NCBI GenBank assembly: GCA_913058255.1
Contig: CAJXQU010000012.1
Location: 6,869 to 70,868 of the forward strand
Direction of reading: 5' to 3'
Origin: an uncultured Pseudomonadota bacterium
GTDB taxonomy: Bacteria > Pseudomonadota > Gammaproteobacteria > CAJXQU01
Length of the DNA stretch: 64,000 nt
The number at the start of each line of letters is the position of its first letter. Position 1 is the stretch's first letter. The notes under the pieces are model-generated. The model ran no database searches. It saw nothing but the letters and a program-made list of their open reading frames with translations, and was not told the origin of the DNA. Of the stretch, positions 31,587 to 41,384 are shown piece after piece. The position numbers were made by a program, and so were the translations under genes.

Positions 31587-32888
31587 TTATAGCTTCTTGA
31601 AAAAAACTTTAGAGTTGCGTTGCAGGTTATACAAAGACTGCTTTTTATGCGGAAGTTGCTCTATCTTACCTTCAGTAAAACCTCGTTCGATAAACCAATG
31701 TGCAGACTGAGTTGTTAAGACAAAAAGCTCTATGGTCCCTAACTCTTTTGCTTCTTTTTCCATCTCAGCTAATAAGAGCTCTCCCCTTCCCTCGTTCAGA
31801 TATGTTGGGTCTACAGCGAGACAAGCCAGTTCAGCGATGTTTTCATTCTCATAAGCATACAATGCACCACATGCAATAATGGCATGTTCTCTCTCCATTA
31901 CGGTGAAATGTTTAATCTCAATTTCTAATTTTTCTCTTGATCGTTTAACGAGCACCCCAGCTTCTTCTAAAGGCGAGATCAACTCCATTATCCCACCAAT
32001 ATCTTCGACCGTAGCTTGATGTATTGCATCAAACGGTGCTGCACTGACCAGTGTACCAACGCCATCTCGTGTAAAAAGCTCAAGTAATAGGCCGCCAGAA
32101 ATTGCTCTATCGATTAAATGTACTCGCTCGACGCCATGTTTACTCGCCGTTAATGCACAAAGCAACTCTGAAATAGAGCTATCACTTTCTAAAAGATTCT
32201 CTACATCTTTCTGGCTCATTTGCTGTAATAACTGGCCTGTGGCATCAATACCTTTATTGCCTTCTGTCAACAACACAAGCTTATCAGCCTCTAAAGCCAC
32301 CGCGACAGATGATGCAACATCCAATGAGCTCAAGTTAAAAACTTCACCCGTTGGTGAGTAGCCCACCGGTGAAACCAAAACAATTTCACCACTGTCTAAA
32401 CGTCGTGTGATTGCTTGTGTATCTACTCTGCGTACTTCTCCCGTATGACAGAAATCGACACCGTCACGTACACCAAGTGGTCTGGCTGTAACAAAATTGC
32501 CAGAAGAAACCTGAATTTGAGCACCCGCCATTGGAGAGTTTACGATACCTGTAGAAAATAAAGCTTCGATCTCAACTCTCGTCGCGCCCACCGCTTCTTT
32601 CACACAGCTAAGCGCCTCAAGATCCGTAACACGTAAACCTTTTGAATACTTTTGACTTACCTTATTTATCTCAAGTCGATTCTCTATTTGTGGACGTGCG
32701 CCATGCACCACCACCAGACGCATACCAAGGCTGGAAAGTAAGGCCAGATCATGAATCAGGTTCGGAAATTTTTCTGATCCGATCGCTTCACCACCGAAAT
32801 ACACGACAATCGTGCTACCTCTGTGCGTATGAATATATGGCGAAGCCGAACGAAACCACTCGACAAATTGTTGATCAATTTTAGGCAT
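31587..32888 (-). CDS. argA: Amino-acid N-acetyltransferase (N-acetylglutamate synthase)
   Basis: 433 aa, collinear with E. coli ArgA (N-terminal acetylglutamate-kinase-like domain plus C-terminal GNAT). Confidence 0.9.
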   Translation of the reverse strand: MPKIDQQFVEWFRSASPYIHTHRGSTIVVYFGGEAIGSEKFPNLIHDLALLSSLGMRLVVVHGARPQIENRLEINKVSQKYSKGLRVTDLEALSCVKEAVGATRVEIEALFSTGIVNSPMAGAQIQVSSGNFVTARPLGVRDGVDFCHTGEVRRVDTQAITRRLDSGEIVLVSPVGYSPTGEVFNLSSLDVASSVAVALEADKLVLLTEGNKGIDATGQLLQQMSQKDVENLLESDSSISELLCALTASKHGVERVHLIDRAISGGLLLELFTRDGVGTLVSAAPFDAIHQATVEDIGGIMELISPLEEAGVLVKRSREKLEIEIKHFTVMEREHAIIACGALYAYENENIAELACLAVDPTYLNEGRGELLLAEMEKEAKELGTIELFVLTTQSAHWFIERGFTEGKIEQLPHKKQSLYNLQRNSKVFFKKL

Positions 32889-34089
32889 TTTCTTTATTGT
32901 TATTTTCTATACAAAATTCAAAAATTATATTTTTTAATAGATCGATCATCGGTTCAAGCCGATCTAAAGCAACATATTCATCCGGTTGATGTGCCTGATC
33001 AATATCTCCAGCGCCTAGAATAACCGTTTCTATCCCCATTAAATCAAGAAATGGCCCTTCAGTCGCAAATGCAACTGAGCCTGCCTTTTTCTTACTTAGT
33101 CTTTCAGTCGCCTTCACTATTTGTGAAGTTGCCGCAGTCAGCATCGGAGGCACAGGTTCAGTTAATGATTGTATTTTATATGTTAACCCAGAATCTATAA
33201 GAACGTTAGCAACTCTTTGATTTAATGACGCTCTTAATGAGTCAACATCCATTTCAGGTAAGACTCTTAGATCAATTTGTAACTCACACTCACCGCAAAT
33301 TCGATTTGGGTTATCTCCACCATGAATATGCCCGAGGTTCATGGTCGGCACAGCAACTTCGAATAGTGGTTCTTGATACTTATTTTGCAGTATTTGCCGC
33401 CATTCCAAAAGATCACCAATCACACGGTGCATACCTTCCATTGCATTATTACCATACGAAGGGTTACTAGAATGTCCTGATCGACCATGGACGATAATAG
33501 ACTCCATCATCACACCTTTATGCATACGTATAGGCTGCAAACCGGTCGGCTCGCCGATGATGGCATATTTTGCGCGTAGCTGATTATTCTCGATCAAAGC
33601 TCGTGCACCAGCCATAGTACTTTCTTCATCGGCTGTAGCTAATATAATCAATGGCTTAGTAAGCTTATCTAAATCAAATTCTTGTACTGCTTCCAATACT
33701 TGCGCAAAGAATCCTTTCATATCTGATGTGCCTAAGCCGTAGAGTCTCTCATCTCGCTCAGTGAGTTTAAATGGATCACTCTTCCAGAGACTTTCATCAA
33801 AAGGCACCGTATCCGTATGCCCAGCCAAGATCAAACCATCGTCGCCTATCCCCTTTCGAGCGATAAGATTATATTTATCTGGACTTACTGAGACCTGTTG
33901 TAATTCAACCTCAAATCCTAGATCTGACAACCACTCTGCTAATTGATCAATTACATTCTTATTGCCCATATCAAATTCAGAGTTGACACTACTCACCGAT
34001 GGAGCAGCGATCAAACTTGAAAACATTTCCTTCATCGAAGGTAATTGGGTTGTAGGTTTACTGGAGGTCATATTATTCTGATCGTTCAT
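32881..34089 (-). CDS. argE: Acetylornithine deacetylase
   Basis: AGHTDTVPFDE...GLGTSDMKGFFA...ILATADEE are M20 peptidase motifs matching E. coli ArgE. Overlaps argA by 8 nt. Confidence 0.85.
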   Translation of the reverse strand: MNDQNNMTSSKPTTQLPSMKEMFSSLIAAPSVSSVNSEFDMGNKNVIDQLAEWLSDLGFEVELQQVSVSPDKYNLIARKGIGDDGLILAGHTDTVPFDESLWKSDPFKLTERDERLYGLGTSDMKGFFAQVLEAVQEFDLDKLTKPLIILATADEESTMAGARALIENNQLRAKYAIIGEPTGLQPIRMHKGVMMESIIVHGRSGHSSNPSYGNNAMEGMHRVIGDLLEWRQILQNKYQEPLFEVAVPTMNLGHIHGGDNPNRICGECELQIDLRVLPEMDVDSLRASLNQRVANVLIDSGLTYKIQSLTEPVPPMLTAATSQIVKATERLSKKKAGSVAFATEGPFLDLMGIETVILGAGDIDQAHQPDEYVALDRLEPMIDLLKNIIFEFCIENNNKENA

Positions 34090-34260
34090 GAGTGAACGAC
34101 AATAGTATCGGGTCCTCAGATCAACATCAAAATATCTTTGAGCTATGAGTTAGATCTTTAAGAGTGGAGTGCTTAAAAAAACAGAGAGCGAAAGGATCAC
34201 TCGTTAAAGAGGGCTCCCTTTATGTGTGAAAAAAGAGCCCTGAGATCGTACAGCTTAGGC

Positions 34261-34953
34261 CTAATAATACTGAGGTGAGTCGTAAGCTCGTTCTTCTTGC
34301 CCTTCGACAATGGGCTTGACGAAAATTTCGACTCGACGATTTAGCTGTCTGCCTGCTTCCGTAGCATTCGTATCACGTGCTTCTAACTCGCCACGTCCTT
34401 CTGTTCGTAATTTCTCATAAGCAACTCCGTGGCTAGTCAGATAATTACCGACAGATTGGGCTCGTCGTTCAGATAAGGATTGGTTATAGGCTTCAGAGCC
34501 AATACTATCTGTATGGCCAATGACGTGCACTACCGTTCTATCGTATTTGCGTAATACTTCTGAGAGCTTATCTAGTGTCGGGTAGAATGCTGGCTTTAAT
34601 GTATCTTTTCCGAAATCGAATGAAACTTCATTATTGACACTCAGTTTTAGAGTGTCATCACGCATACGCTCAATTTCGATATCATTCGCTTGTTGCTCTC
34701 GAGCTAACTCTTCTTCGAATTCAGCTTGTTGCTTATCCATATAATGACCAACAGCACCGCCAGCAACAGCACCAACAGCTGCACCTATAAGAGTCCCTTC
34801 GGTATCATCTCCAACGACTTGCCCAAGCACAGCCCCTACGATAGCACCCGTTGCGGCTCCTGTTTTTGCACGTTGGTTTGGATCGCCCGCTGTTGCACAG
34901 GCCGTTAAGGCTAGCGTCAGTGTCGATGCAATAAATATGTTTCTTTTTTTCAT
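34261..34953 (-). CDS. OmpA-family lipoprotein with glycine-zipper region (YiaD-like)
   Basis: Lipobox LTAC, Gly-zipper GAIVGAVLGQVVG, and a C-terminal OmpA peptidoglycan-binding domain (NQ...RRAQSV...NRRVEI). Confidence 0.8.
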   Translation of the reverse strand: MKKRNIFIASTLTLALTACATAGDPNQRAKTGAATGAIVGAVLGQVVGDDTEGTLIGAAVGAVAGGAVGHYMDKQQAEFEEELAREQQANDIEIERMRDDTLKLSVNNEVSFDFGKDTLKPAFYPTLDKLSEVLRKYDRTVVHVIGHTDSIGSEAYNQSLSERRAQSVGNYLTSHGVAYEKLRTEGRGELEARDTNATEAGRQLNRRVEIFVKPIVEGQEERAYDSPQYY

Positions 34954-35064
34954 ATCAGGCTCCTTGATAAATACCTTATGTTTAATCTTCCCATAAACTT
35001 TAGTTGTTGCTTGCTAAACAATAGCTGAATAGTTCATGGAATACTTGAGCCTAATTTATAGGTT

Positions 35065-36222
35065 TTACGATGTCGTTGGCAGCATTTGAAGTTTCTGATC
35101 AATCACAGAAAAACTAAGCTTTCCAGCAATAAATTCCTTTAAATCATCTCCGATCATACGCGCCCGCCAGCTACTATTTACGATGGACTCTCCATTTTGC
35201 AGCAGCAGCTCAACTTCTTTGCGTGGTGCCAGTAGCGTTGAGCTTAAATTGTTTTCTTCCGCACGCAAACGAACGATGGCCATCATTGCATCAACCATTG
35301 CCTCTTGATTCGGTTTGAGTGGTTTCTTTTTAGTTTTCTCTACCGCTTGTTGTGGCTCGTTATTTTGCGAATCAGCAATAACGCCTATAAGCTCACTCCC
35401 ATGTTTACGTGCAACACGTTCATGAACACCCTTGATCGCAAAAATAGCGCCTTTGTTTTCAGGTAATTGGTGAGCAAGATCGATGATCGCATCATCGCGC
35501 AGCAACCAAGTCCTAGGACGATTTTCCTTTCTAGCAGTTTCTTCCCGCCATTTTGCAAGCCCTTGTAGGACGGCTAGCTTTTTACCTTTCAAACGGTTTC
35601 CACTACGGATGCGACGCCAAACCTGATTAGAATCTGGCTCATACACTTCAGGGTCGGTCATCGCTTTAAAATCATTCTCAAGCCAATCTAACCGATTGAG
35701 CTCAGTCAGTTGTTGAATCATTTTTTCATAGATTTGAGCTAGGTAGATCACGTCATCTATAGCGTATTGTAATTGCCCTTCATTCAATGGACGCCGTTTC
35801 CAGTCTGTACGTGTATGCGCTTTGCTCAGCTCCACGCCGATCATACCATTGACTAAGTTCGCATAGCCTATCTGATCAGTAAAGCCTAATAACGGTGCAG
35901 CTAATTGAGTGTCAAACAGTGGGGATGGAATAGAGCCTTTCAGGTTGAAAAATATTTCTAGATCTTGCCGAGCAGAATGAAAGATCTTAATGCTGCTTGG
36001 ATCATAAAGAAGATCCATCAAGGGGGTCAGATCATTTATTGCTAGAGGATCAATCACAGCGGCATTTTTGCCATCAGTTATCTGTACTAACGCGAGTTCA
36101 GGATAATAGGTTTTTTCTCGTTCAAACTCGGTATCCACTGCTAACCAAGCCGCACCTTTCAACTGCTCACAATATTCGGCAAGTAATGAGTACTCATCAA
36201 TATAGATAAACTCTTCTGTCAT
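35065..36222 (-). CDS. rnd: Ribonuclease D
   Basis: 3'-5' exonuclease DEDDy domain (LAVDTEF...) plus an HRDC region. 385 aa. Confidence 0.85.
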   Translation of the reverse strand: MTEEFIYIDEYSLLAEYCEQLKGAAWLAVDTEFEREKTYYPELALVQITDGKNAAVIDPLAINDLTPLMDLLYDPSSIKIFHSARQDLEIFFNLKGSIPSPLFDTQLAAPLLGFTDQIGYANLVNGMIGVELSKAHTRTDWKRRPLNEGQLQYAIDDVIYLAQIYEKMIQQLTELNRLDWLENDFKAMTDPEVYEPDSNQVWRRIRSGNRLKGKKLAVLQGLAKWREETARKENRPRTWLLRDDAIIDLAHQLPENKGAIFAIKGVHERVARKHGSELIGVIADSQNNEPQQAVEKTKKKPLKPNQEAMVDAMMAIVRLRAEENNLSSTLLAPRKEVELLLQNGESIVNSSWRARMIGDDLKEFIAGKLSFSVIDQKLQMLPTTS

Positions 36223-36291
36223 TTTTAGTTACTCTTCCTTTGTTCTTTTTCTCGCCCTGGGTTATATGAACTGAGAAAGCGTTGCGACTTT

Positions 36292-37146
36292 TTACTTGCG
36301 TCGATGTTTGTTCCATACTGATTTGTTTGCTGAAGACTTTGCGCTAGCTCGAGCTCTGGTTCTCGCTCTAGGGATATCCATTGCTTCCGGCCTGAAATTT
36401 TTAATACCTGCAAGATCCGCTAAAGTTTGTGCTTCTGCTGGATCAATATCCCAGATTTTTCCTAAACGTATGCTACGTGGCATAATGATTGTGCCATAAC
36501 GAACACGGGTCAATCGACTCACCTGTACATCTTGAGACTCCCATAAACGCCTCACTTCTCGATTACGACCTTCGCGCAAAATAACGTGGTACCAGTGATT
36601 TCTGCCATCGCCTTCACCGGCTTTTTCAATACGGTAAAAATTTGCCATACCATCTTCAAGTTCAACACCACTTTTTAAACGCTGTAACATTGCCTCATCA
36701 ACGTCTCCCATGACTCGAACGGCATATTCACGCTCAATTTCTCGAGAAGGATGCATCAATTGATTCGCTAGCTCTCCATCGGTAGTAAACAAAATCAAAC
36801 CTGAAGTATTTAGATCAAGTCTACCAACGGCTACCCAGCGACCCGATCTAAGCTTCGGCAGGTTTTCAAAAACGGTCCGTCGTCCTTCAGGATCATCGCG
36901 AGTACAAATTTCACCAACCGGCTTGTGATAACCAATTAAACGAATTTTCTTCAAAAATAAGCGTTCTTTTGAAACGAGACGGCCATCAACTCGAACCTTA
37001 TCTCTATCGTTAACAGACTCTCCGACCGTCGCTATTTTGCCGTTGATGCTGACTCGTCCTTCCTTGATCCACACTTCCATCTGTCGACGGGAGCCAAGTC
37101 CAGCTCTGGCAAGGACTTTGTGTAAACGTTCGCGATTATCTGACAT
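36292..37146 (-). CDS. rluB: 23S rRNA pseudouridine(2605) synthase
   Basis: S4 domain LHKVLARAGLGSRRQ, catalytic motif VGRLDLNTSGLILFTTDGELANQLMHPS, and a basic C-terminal tail. Collinear with E. coli RluB. Confidence 0.85.
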   Translation of the reverse strand: MSDNRERLHKVLARAGLGSRRQMEVWIKEGRVSINGKIATVGESVNDRDKVRVDGRLVSKERLFLKKIRLIGYHKPVGEICTRDDPEGRRTVFENLPKLRSGRWVAVGRLDLNTSGLILFTTDGELANQLMHPSREIEREYAVRVMGDVDEAMLQRLKSGVELEDGMANFYRIEKAGEGDGRNHWYHVILREGRNREVRRLWESQDVQVSRLTRVRYGTIIMPRSIRLGKIWDIDPAEAQTLADLAGIKNFRPEAMDIPRARTRARASAKSSANKSVWNKHRRK

Positions 37147-37244
37147 GCTTTATTGTTATCATAAAAAAGCGCGTATGTTCCCATAAATGCACCTAAAAAC
37201 ATAGCTGACTATGGCCTAAATTCGATGCTATTTATTTGATGGGG

Positions 37245-37898
37245 TTATAATTTCTTCAGAAATCGCCCTTTCCTAGGTAGGTAGTCATTATCATAATCCA
37301 AAGACATAACGACTTTTGTCGTTTTTCCAATTATTTCATGACGTGGCACGAAGCCTATAACGCGAGAATCGGCACTGTTATTTCGATTATCACCTAATAC
37401 TAAATAGTGTCCTGCTGGAACGACGATAGGTTCAATATTAGCCAGTTGACTATTTCTTCTATGATCAATCCGAATGAGATGATTAAGGTTAGTATACTGT
37501 TCACGTGCTGTGCTCAACTCGGCCGTTTCTTCTTCGAGTAGATACGTTAGTTCATTGCCATTAATGCTCAGGACATTACTCTGCATTGAGATTGTCTCTC
37601 CAGGAAGGCCAAGAACTCTTTTCACTAACCTCTTATCAGCAAATTTTGATCGAAAGATAACAATATCGCCACGTTGCGGATCAGCAATATGTTTAACTGA
37701 GATGGAGCTCAAGGGTAAGCGAACGTCATAGGCAAGCTTGTCTACCCAAATCCGATCGCCTTCTAATATTGTTGGCTTCATGGAACCTGTCGGAACCGTA
37801 TTCCAATCAGCAAGTGAACTACGAAAAACAACCATAAGAAATAGAAACAATACGAAACGTCGATTTTCCTGCCAATGTCTAAATAAGGTTTTATTCAT
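37245..37898 (-). CDS. Short-form type I signal peptidase (S26 family, LepB-like paralog)
   Basis: 217 aa. N-terminal TM helix, catalytic Ser box PTGSMKPT, Lys box KRVLGLPGE, and GDNRNNSADSR. Confidence 0.75.
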   Translation of the reverse strand: MNKTLFRHWQENRRFVLFLFLMVVFRSSLADWNTVPTGSMKPTILEGDRIWVDKLAYDVRLPLSSISVKHIADPQRGDIVIFRSKFADKRLVKRVLGLPGETISMQSNVLSINGNELTYLLEEETAELSTAREQYTNLNHLIRIDHRRNSQLANIEPIVVPAGHYLVLGDNRNNSADSRVIGFVPRHEIIGKTTKVVMSLDYDNDYLPRKGRFLKKL

Positions 37899-37993
37899 TT
37901 CTAAACAAGCTCATATAATAAAATTGAACTCCTTAGAGTCATTATTTACTAAAAAGTGCCCTACAAATTTATCATCGACCATTTATAGAAGCT

Positions 37994-38980
37994 TTACTCA
38001 AGCAAGGCTTCAACGTGAGCTGCTGCTGCTTGAGCATTACCTTGGATGTTATAACCACCTTCCAGAATAGAGACTAAACGACCATCACAGTGCTGCTCCG
38101 CTAACGTTTTGATCATTTTCGTCAATTTAGCAAAACCTACATCAGTGACATTATGACAACCCAATAGATCGTCCTCGCGACTATCAAAACCTGACGAGAC
38201 TAAAATTAAGTCCGGTTTGAACTTTTCCGCAGCGGGTAACAATAAGGTCTCAAAAGCATGAAGGATCTCTGTATCACCTGCCCCACAATCGAGATGAACA
38301 TTCATATTGAAGCCGAGACCAGCGCCTGCACCTTTTTTTGTCGGATCGCCGGTACCTGGATAAGAAAATTGATCATGAGTAGAAAAAAAGAGTACGTTAG
38401 GGTCTCGATAGAACGTAGCTTCGGTTCCATTACCATGGTGATAATCCCAATCAACGATCAGAATTTTTTTCAGTTGATATTTCTGCTGTGCATAACGCGC
38501 GGCTACTGCGATGTGGTTGTAGTAACAAAAACCCTCTTCTTTTCCCGTGTTTAGGGCGTGGTGACCAGGAGGACGACTAGCACAGAAAGCATTACTAAGT
38601 TGGCCACTACAAACCTGATCTACCGCAGCTAGAGCACCACCTGTCGCTAAACAGACATTGTCGTGAGTAGTTCTATCTTTTTTAATCGCATTTATATGCT
38701 CATCGCTATGAACCAGCTTTAACCATGCTTCTATATTTCGTAATGGCTGTATTTGTGTTGTTTTTGCAAACAAATCACTTTCTACAAATTGTTTCTTTAG
38801 TGCGAAATAGCGTTCAGGTGATTCAGGATGGTTGGGATCAATATGATGATGCTTAAAACTGTCATCAAATACTAAACCTGTTTTAGTTGCCTGAGCTGAT
38901 AGTGACCTTAACGGGCTAAAAGCAACACCCGCGACGACTGCCGCTTTTGTAGAATAGTCGATAAATTGTCTACGTTTCAT
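37994..38980 (-). CDS. Histone deacetylase-family (arginase/deacetylase fold) hydrolase with a predicted Tat signal peptide
   Basis: N-terminal MKRRQFIDYSTKAAVVAGVAFSPLRSLSAQA carries an RRxFI twin-arginine motif and an AxA cleavage site. The body shows HDAC-like His/Asp-rich motifs (DWDYHHGNGT). Confidence 0.75.
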   Translation of the reverse strand: MKRRQFIDYSTKAAVVAGVAFSPLRSLSAQATKTGLVFDDSFKHHHIDPNHPESPERYFALKKQFVESDLFAKTTQIQPLRNIEAWLKLVHSDEHINAIKKDRTTHDNVCLATGGALAAVDQVCSGQLSNAFCASRPPGHHALNTGKEEGFCYYNHIAVAARYAQQKYQLKKILIVDWDYHHGNGTEATFYRDPNVLFFSTHDQFSYPGTGDPTKKGAGAGLGFNMNVHLDCGAGDTEILHAFETLLLPAAEKFKPDLILVSSGFDSREDDLLGCHNVTDVGFAKLTKMIKTLAEQHCDGRLVSILEGGYNIQGNAQAAAAHVEALLE

Positions 38981-39006
38981 AAGGGTTATGCTACGATCAT
39001 TTACCT

Positions 39007-39711
39007 ATGAAAGAAACAAAGCTTTTTTGGATTACGGCCAACCGCCATGCGATGGACTTTCCACCTATTACCGATGCACTGACCGAACCTGATGGATTAC
39101 TTGCAGTAGCAGGAGATCTCAGCGTACCGCGCTTATTAGAAGCTTATAGAAATGGAATATTTCCTTGGTATGATGACAGTCAACCTATTCTTTGGTGGTC
39201 GCCCAACCCTCGTACCGTTTTATTACCAGAAAAAGTCCATATTTCTCGAAGTCTTAGAAAACATATGAACAAGAAGGCTTTTAACATTAGCTTTGATCAA
39301 GCCTTTGAAAAGGTCATTCATCAGTGTGCCGCACCTCGTCCTGATGAAAATGGTACTTGGCTGACAACAGAGATGATCGCTGCCTATCTCGAACTTCATA
39401 AAGAAGGTCATGCCCATTCCATAGAGTGCTGGCAAGAGGACAAGCTCGTCGGCGGATTATACGGGGTCTCTATTGGTAAGGTATTCTTTGGAGAGTCCAT
39501 GTTCAGCCTTGTCCCCAATGCCTCAAAGATCTGTCTGGTTGAATTAAGTAAACACCTAAAGTTATGGGGTTTTAAACTAATAGATTGTCAGGTTGAGAGC
39601 GCACATTTAGCATCTATGGGAGCCGAACAATTTAGTAGAGAAGAGTTTAAGCTATATATAGGGGACTATTGCGAGCAACTCCCTTCCGTTCAATCTTGGA
39701 ACGTGCAATGA
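39007..39711 (+). CDS. aat: Leucyl/phenylalanyl-tRNA--protein transferase
   Basis: Collinear with E. coli Aat (GIFPWY, ILWWSP, HAHSIE, LIDCQ). Confidence 0.9.
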   Translation: MKETKLFWITANRHAMDFPPITDALTEPDGLLAVAGDLSVPRLLEAYRNGIFPWYDDSQPILWWSPNPRTVLLPEKVHISRSLRKHMNKKAFNISFDQAFEKVIHQCAAPRPDENGTWLTTEMIAAYLELHKEGHAHSIECWQEDKLVGGLYGVSIGKVFFGESMFSLVPNASKICLVELSKHLKLWGFKLIDCQVESAHLASMGAEQFSREEFKLYIGDYCEQLPSVQSWNVQ

Positions 39712-40424
39712 ACAATTTACCGCTTTCGATTGATCTCTTCGCGACACCTGAAACGACGTGTAACTATCTTCCCGATCAACAATCGACAACGGTATTTGCT
39801 GATCCCAACTTAACCAAAGATAAAAATGTTCACAGTATACTTGCTTTACAGGGTTTTCGACGTAGCGGTGAATACATCTATCGGCCAAACTGCCAAGCCT
39901 GCCAGGCTTGTATTTCAACCCGTCTTCGAGTAGCTGACTTTCAATTAAACCGAAACCAACGCAGAACCTGGAAACGAAATCAAGATCTCGATATTCAGAT
40001 CCATCCTGCCAAGTTCGAGCAGGAGCACTTCGATCTTTATCAACGTTATATAGCAACCCGCCATGAGGATGGGGGCATGGATAACCCTACGCCTGAGAGT
40101 TATATGCAGTTCCTAACCTGCGAATGGTCAGATACCTATTTTATTGAATTCCGTCTTGATCAAAACCTTGTTGCTGTAGCCGTGCTCGACGCGTTAGAAA
40201 ATGCCTTCTCGGCTGTCTATACCTTTTTTGCCCCTCATTTATCGCAGCGTAGTTTAGGACGCTTTGCTGTGCTGTATGAGATTGATTTTGCGAAACAAAA
40301 AGGCATTGAGTATTTATATCTCGGCTACTGGATCAAAGAATGTCAAAAGATGAGTTATAAACTAGATTATCAACCGCAAGAACATTTCATTCGTGGCAGA
40401 TGGCAAAACGCTATCAAAAAGTGA
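39708..40424 (+). CDS. bpt: Arginyl/aspartate-glutamate leucyl-tRNA--protein transferase (Bpt/Ate family)
   Basis: The start ATG overlaps the aat stop (ATGA). CNYLP and FRRSG motifs typical of the Bpt/Ate1 N- and C-domains are present. Confidence 0.8.
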   Translation: MNNLPLSIDLFATPETTCNYLPDQQSTTVFADPNLTKDKNVHSILALQGFRRSGEYIYRPNCQACQACISTRLRVADFQLNRNQRRTWKRNQDLDIQIHPAKFEQEHFDLYQRYIATRHEDGGMDNPTPESYMQFLTCEWSDTYFIEFRLDQNLVAVAVLDALENAFSAVYTFFAPHLSQRSLGRFAVLYEIDFAKQKGIEYLYLGYWIKECQKMSYKLDYQPQEHFIRGRWQNAIKK

Positions 40425-40495
40425 TAAATACTTTGCTCAAAACAAAGAATTAGTGCAGAATTGCCGTTTTTGAAGTAAGTAAAAACTAGAAGGCT

Positions 40496-40714
40496 ATGGC
40501 TAAAGAAGAAAATATTCAAATGGAAGGAACTGTTATAGAGACACTTCCGAATACAACATTTAAGGTAGAACTGGAAAATGGACATGTCGTCACGGCACAT
40601 ATTTCAGGAAAAATGCGTAAGCATTACATTCGTATCCTTACTGGTGACGCCGTCACTGTAGAGCTAACACCTTACGATCTAAGTAAGGGTCGCATCACGT
40701 ATCGAGCCCGTTAA
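40496..40714 (+). CDS. infA: Translation initiation factor IF-1
   Basis: 72 aa, nearly identical to E. coli InfA. Confidence 0.95.
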   Translation: MAKEENIQMEGTVIETLPNTTFKVELENGHVVTAHISGKMRKHYIRILTGDAVTVELTPYDLSKGRITYRAR

Positions 40715-40748
40715 TTCAATAATACACCTTCAAACCTATATTTAAATC

Positions 40749-40770
40749 GGCCTGATGCGGCGTCAGGCTT
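40749..40770. terminator. Short GC hairpin downstream of infA and convergent with the PTP gene
   Basis: ggcctga-tgcggcg-tcaggc with weak flanking T-runs. Confidence 0.35.
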
Positions 40771-40813
40771 GATGATGTAGCATCCATCTTAAAAATCCTG
40801 TTTCTTCAGAATT

Positions 40814-41332
40814 TTAACGAATACTCACTCGTCTTAATGGATTTTTTAAAGCTTCAATAATTGCCCCACCACCCATCTCGATAAGATCTAATGCTTTTTC
40901 GAAAGCTGCTGTTTTGCGTCGGTAAGGATCGGGGACATCTGTGGTAGACAGTGCTGGGATAAAACTCATATATAAACGTAATTCGGCACGAGCTCTTTCT
41001 GGACGAAGGTATTCAATTCTCTGATAGTTTTCCTTATCCATAGCGAGGATAAAATCAAAATCATGAAAATCTTGTAACTCAAACTGCCGTGCTTTTATAC
41101 CGGCTAAACTGTATTCTCGACGAGCAGCTGCATTAACAGCATCAACATTGGATGAAGCTCCGGCAAAAGAAACTGCTTGAGTTCCAGCTGAGTCAATTTC
41201 GAATAACTCACCTACTCCAGCCTCTTCAAACTTTCTACGTAAAACTGATTCTGCGGTTGGTGAACGACAAATATTTCCTGTGCAGACCGTTAAAATTCTT
41301 TTTTTAGATTTATTTTGTAATATGTGTTGCAA
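40814..41332 (-). CDS. Low-molecular-weight protein-tyrosine phosphatase family protein
   Basis: P-loop CTGNICRSP (CX5R) and a DSAGT motif. 172 aa. Confidence 0.75.
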   Translation of the reverse strand: MQHILQNKSKKRILTVCTGNICRSPTAESVLRRKFEEAGVGELFEIDSAGTQAVSFAGASSNVDAVNAAARREYSLAGIKARQFELQDFHDFDFILAMDKENYQRIEYLRPERARAELRLYMSFIPALSTTDVPDPYRRKTAAFEKALDLIEMGGGAIIEALKNPLRRVSIR

Positions 41333-41384
41333 ATTATGCTCTTAGTTTTACTCTCTTACTATCCGAATTCAATAATAGTAGAGT

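Noticed and set aside
34200-34260. Inverted repeat GAGGGCTC...GAGCCCTG downstream of the OmpA-like lipoprotein gene, considered as a terminator
   Set aside because: The loop is long and there is no convincing U-tract on the relevant strand. It may equally be an operator in the argE upstream region, so it is not reported as a feature.
36225-36413. 62-aa minus-strand ORF overlapping the 3' end of rluB
   Set aside because: Out of frame with, and nested in, the conserved rluB basic tail. No independent signals.
39669-39707. Upstream extension of bpt (MRATPFRSILERA...) overlapping aat by 43 nt
   Set aside because: The downstream ATG at 39708 forms a canonical ATGA overlap with the aat stop and gives an N-terminus typical of Bpt proteins.
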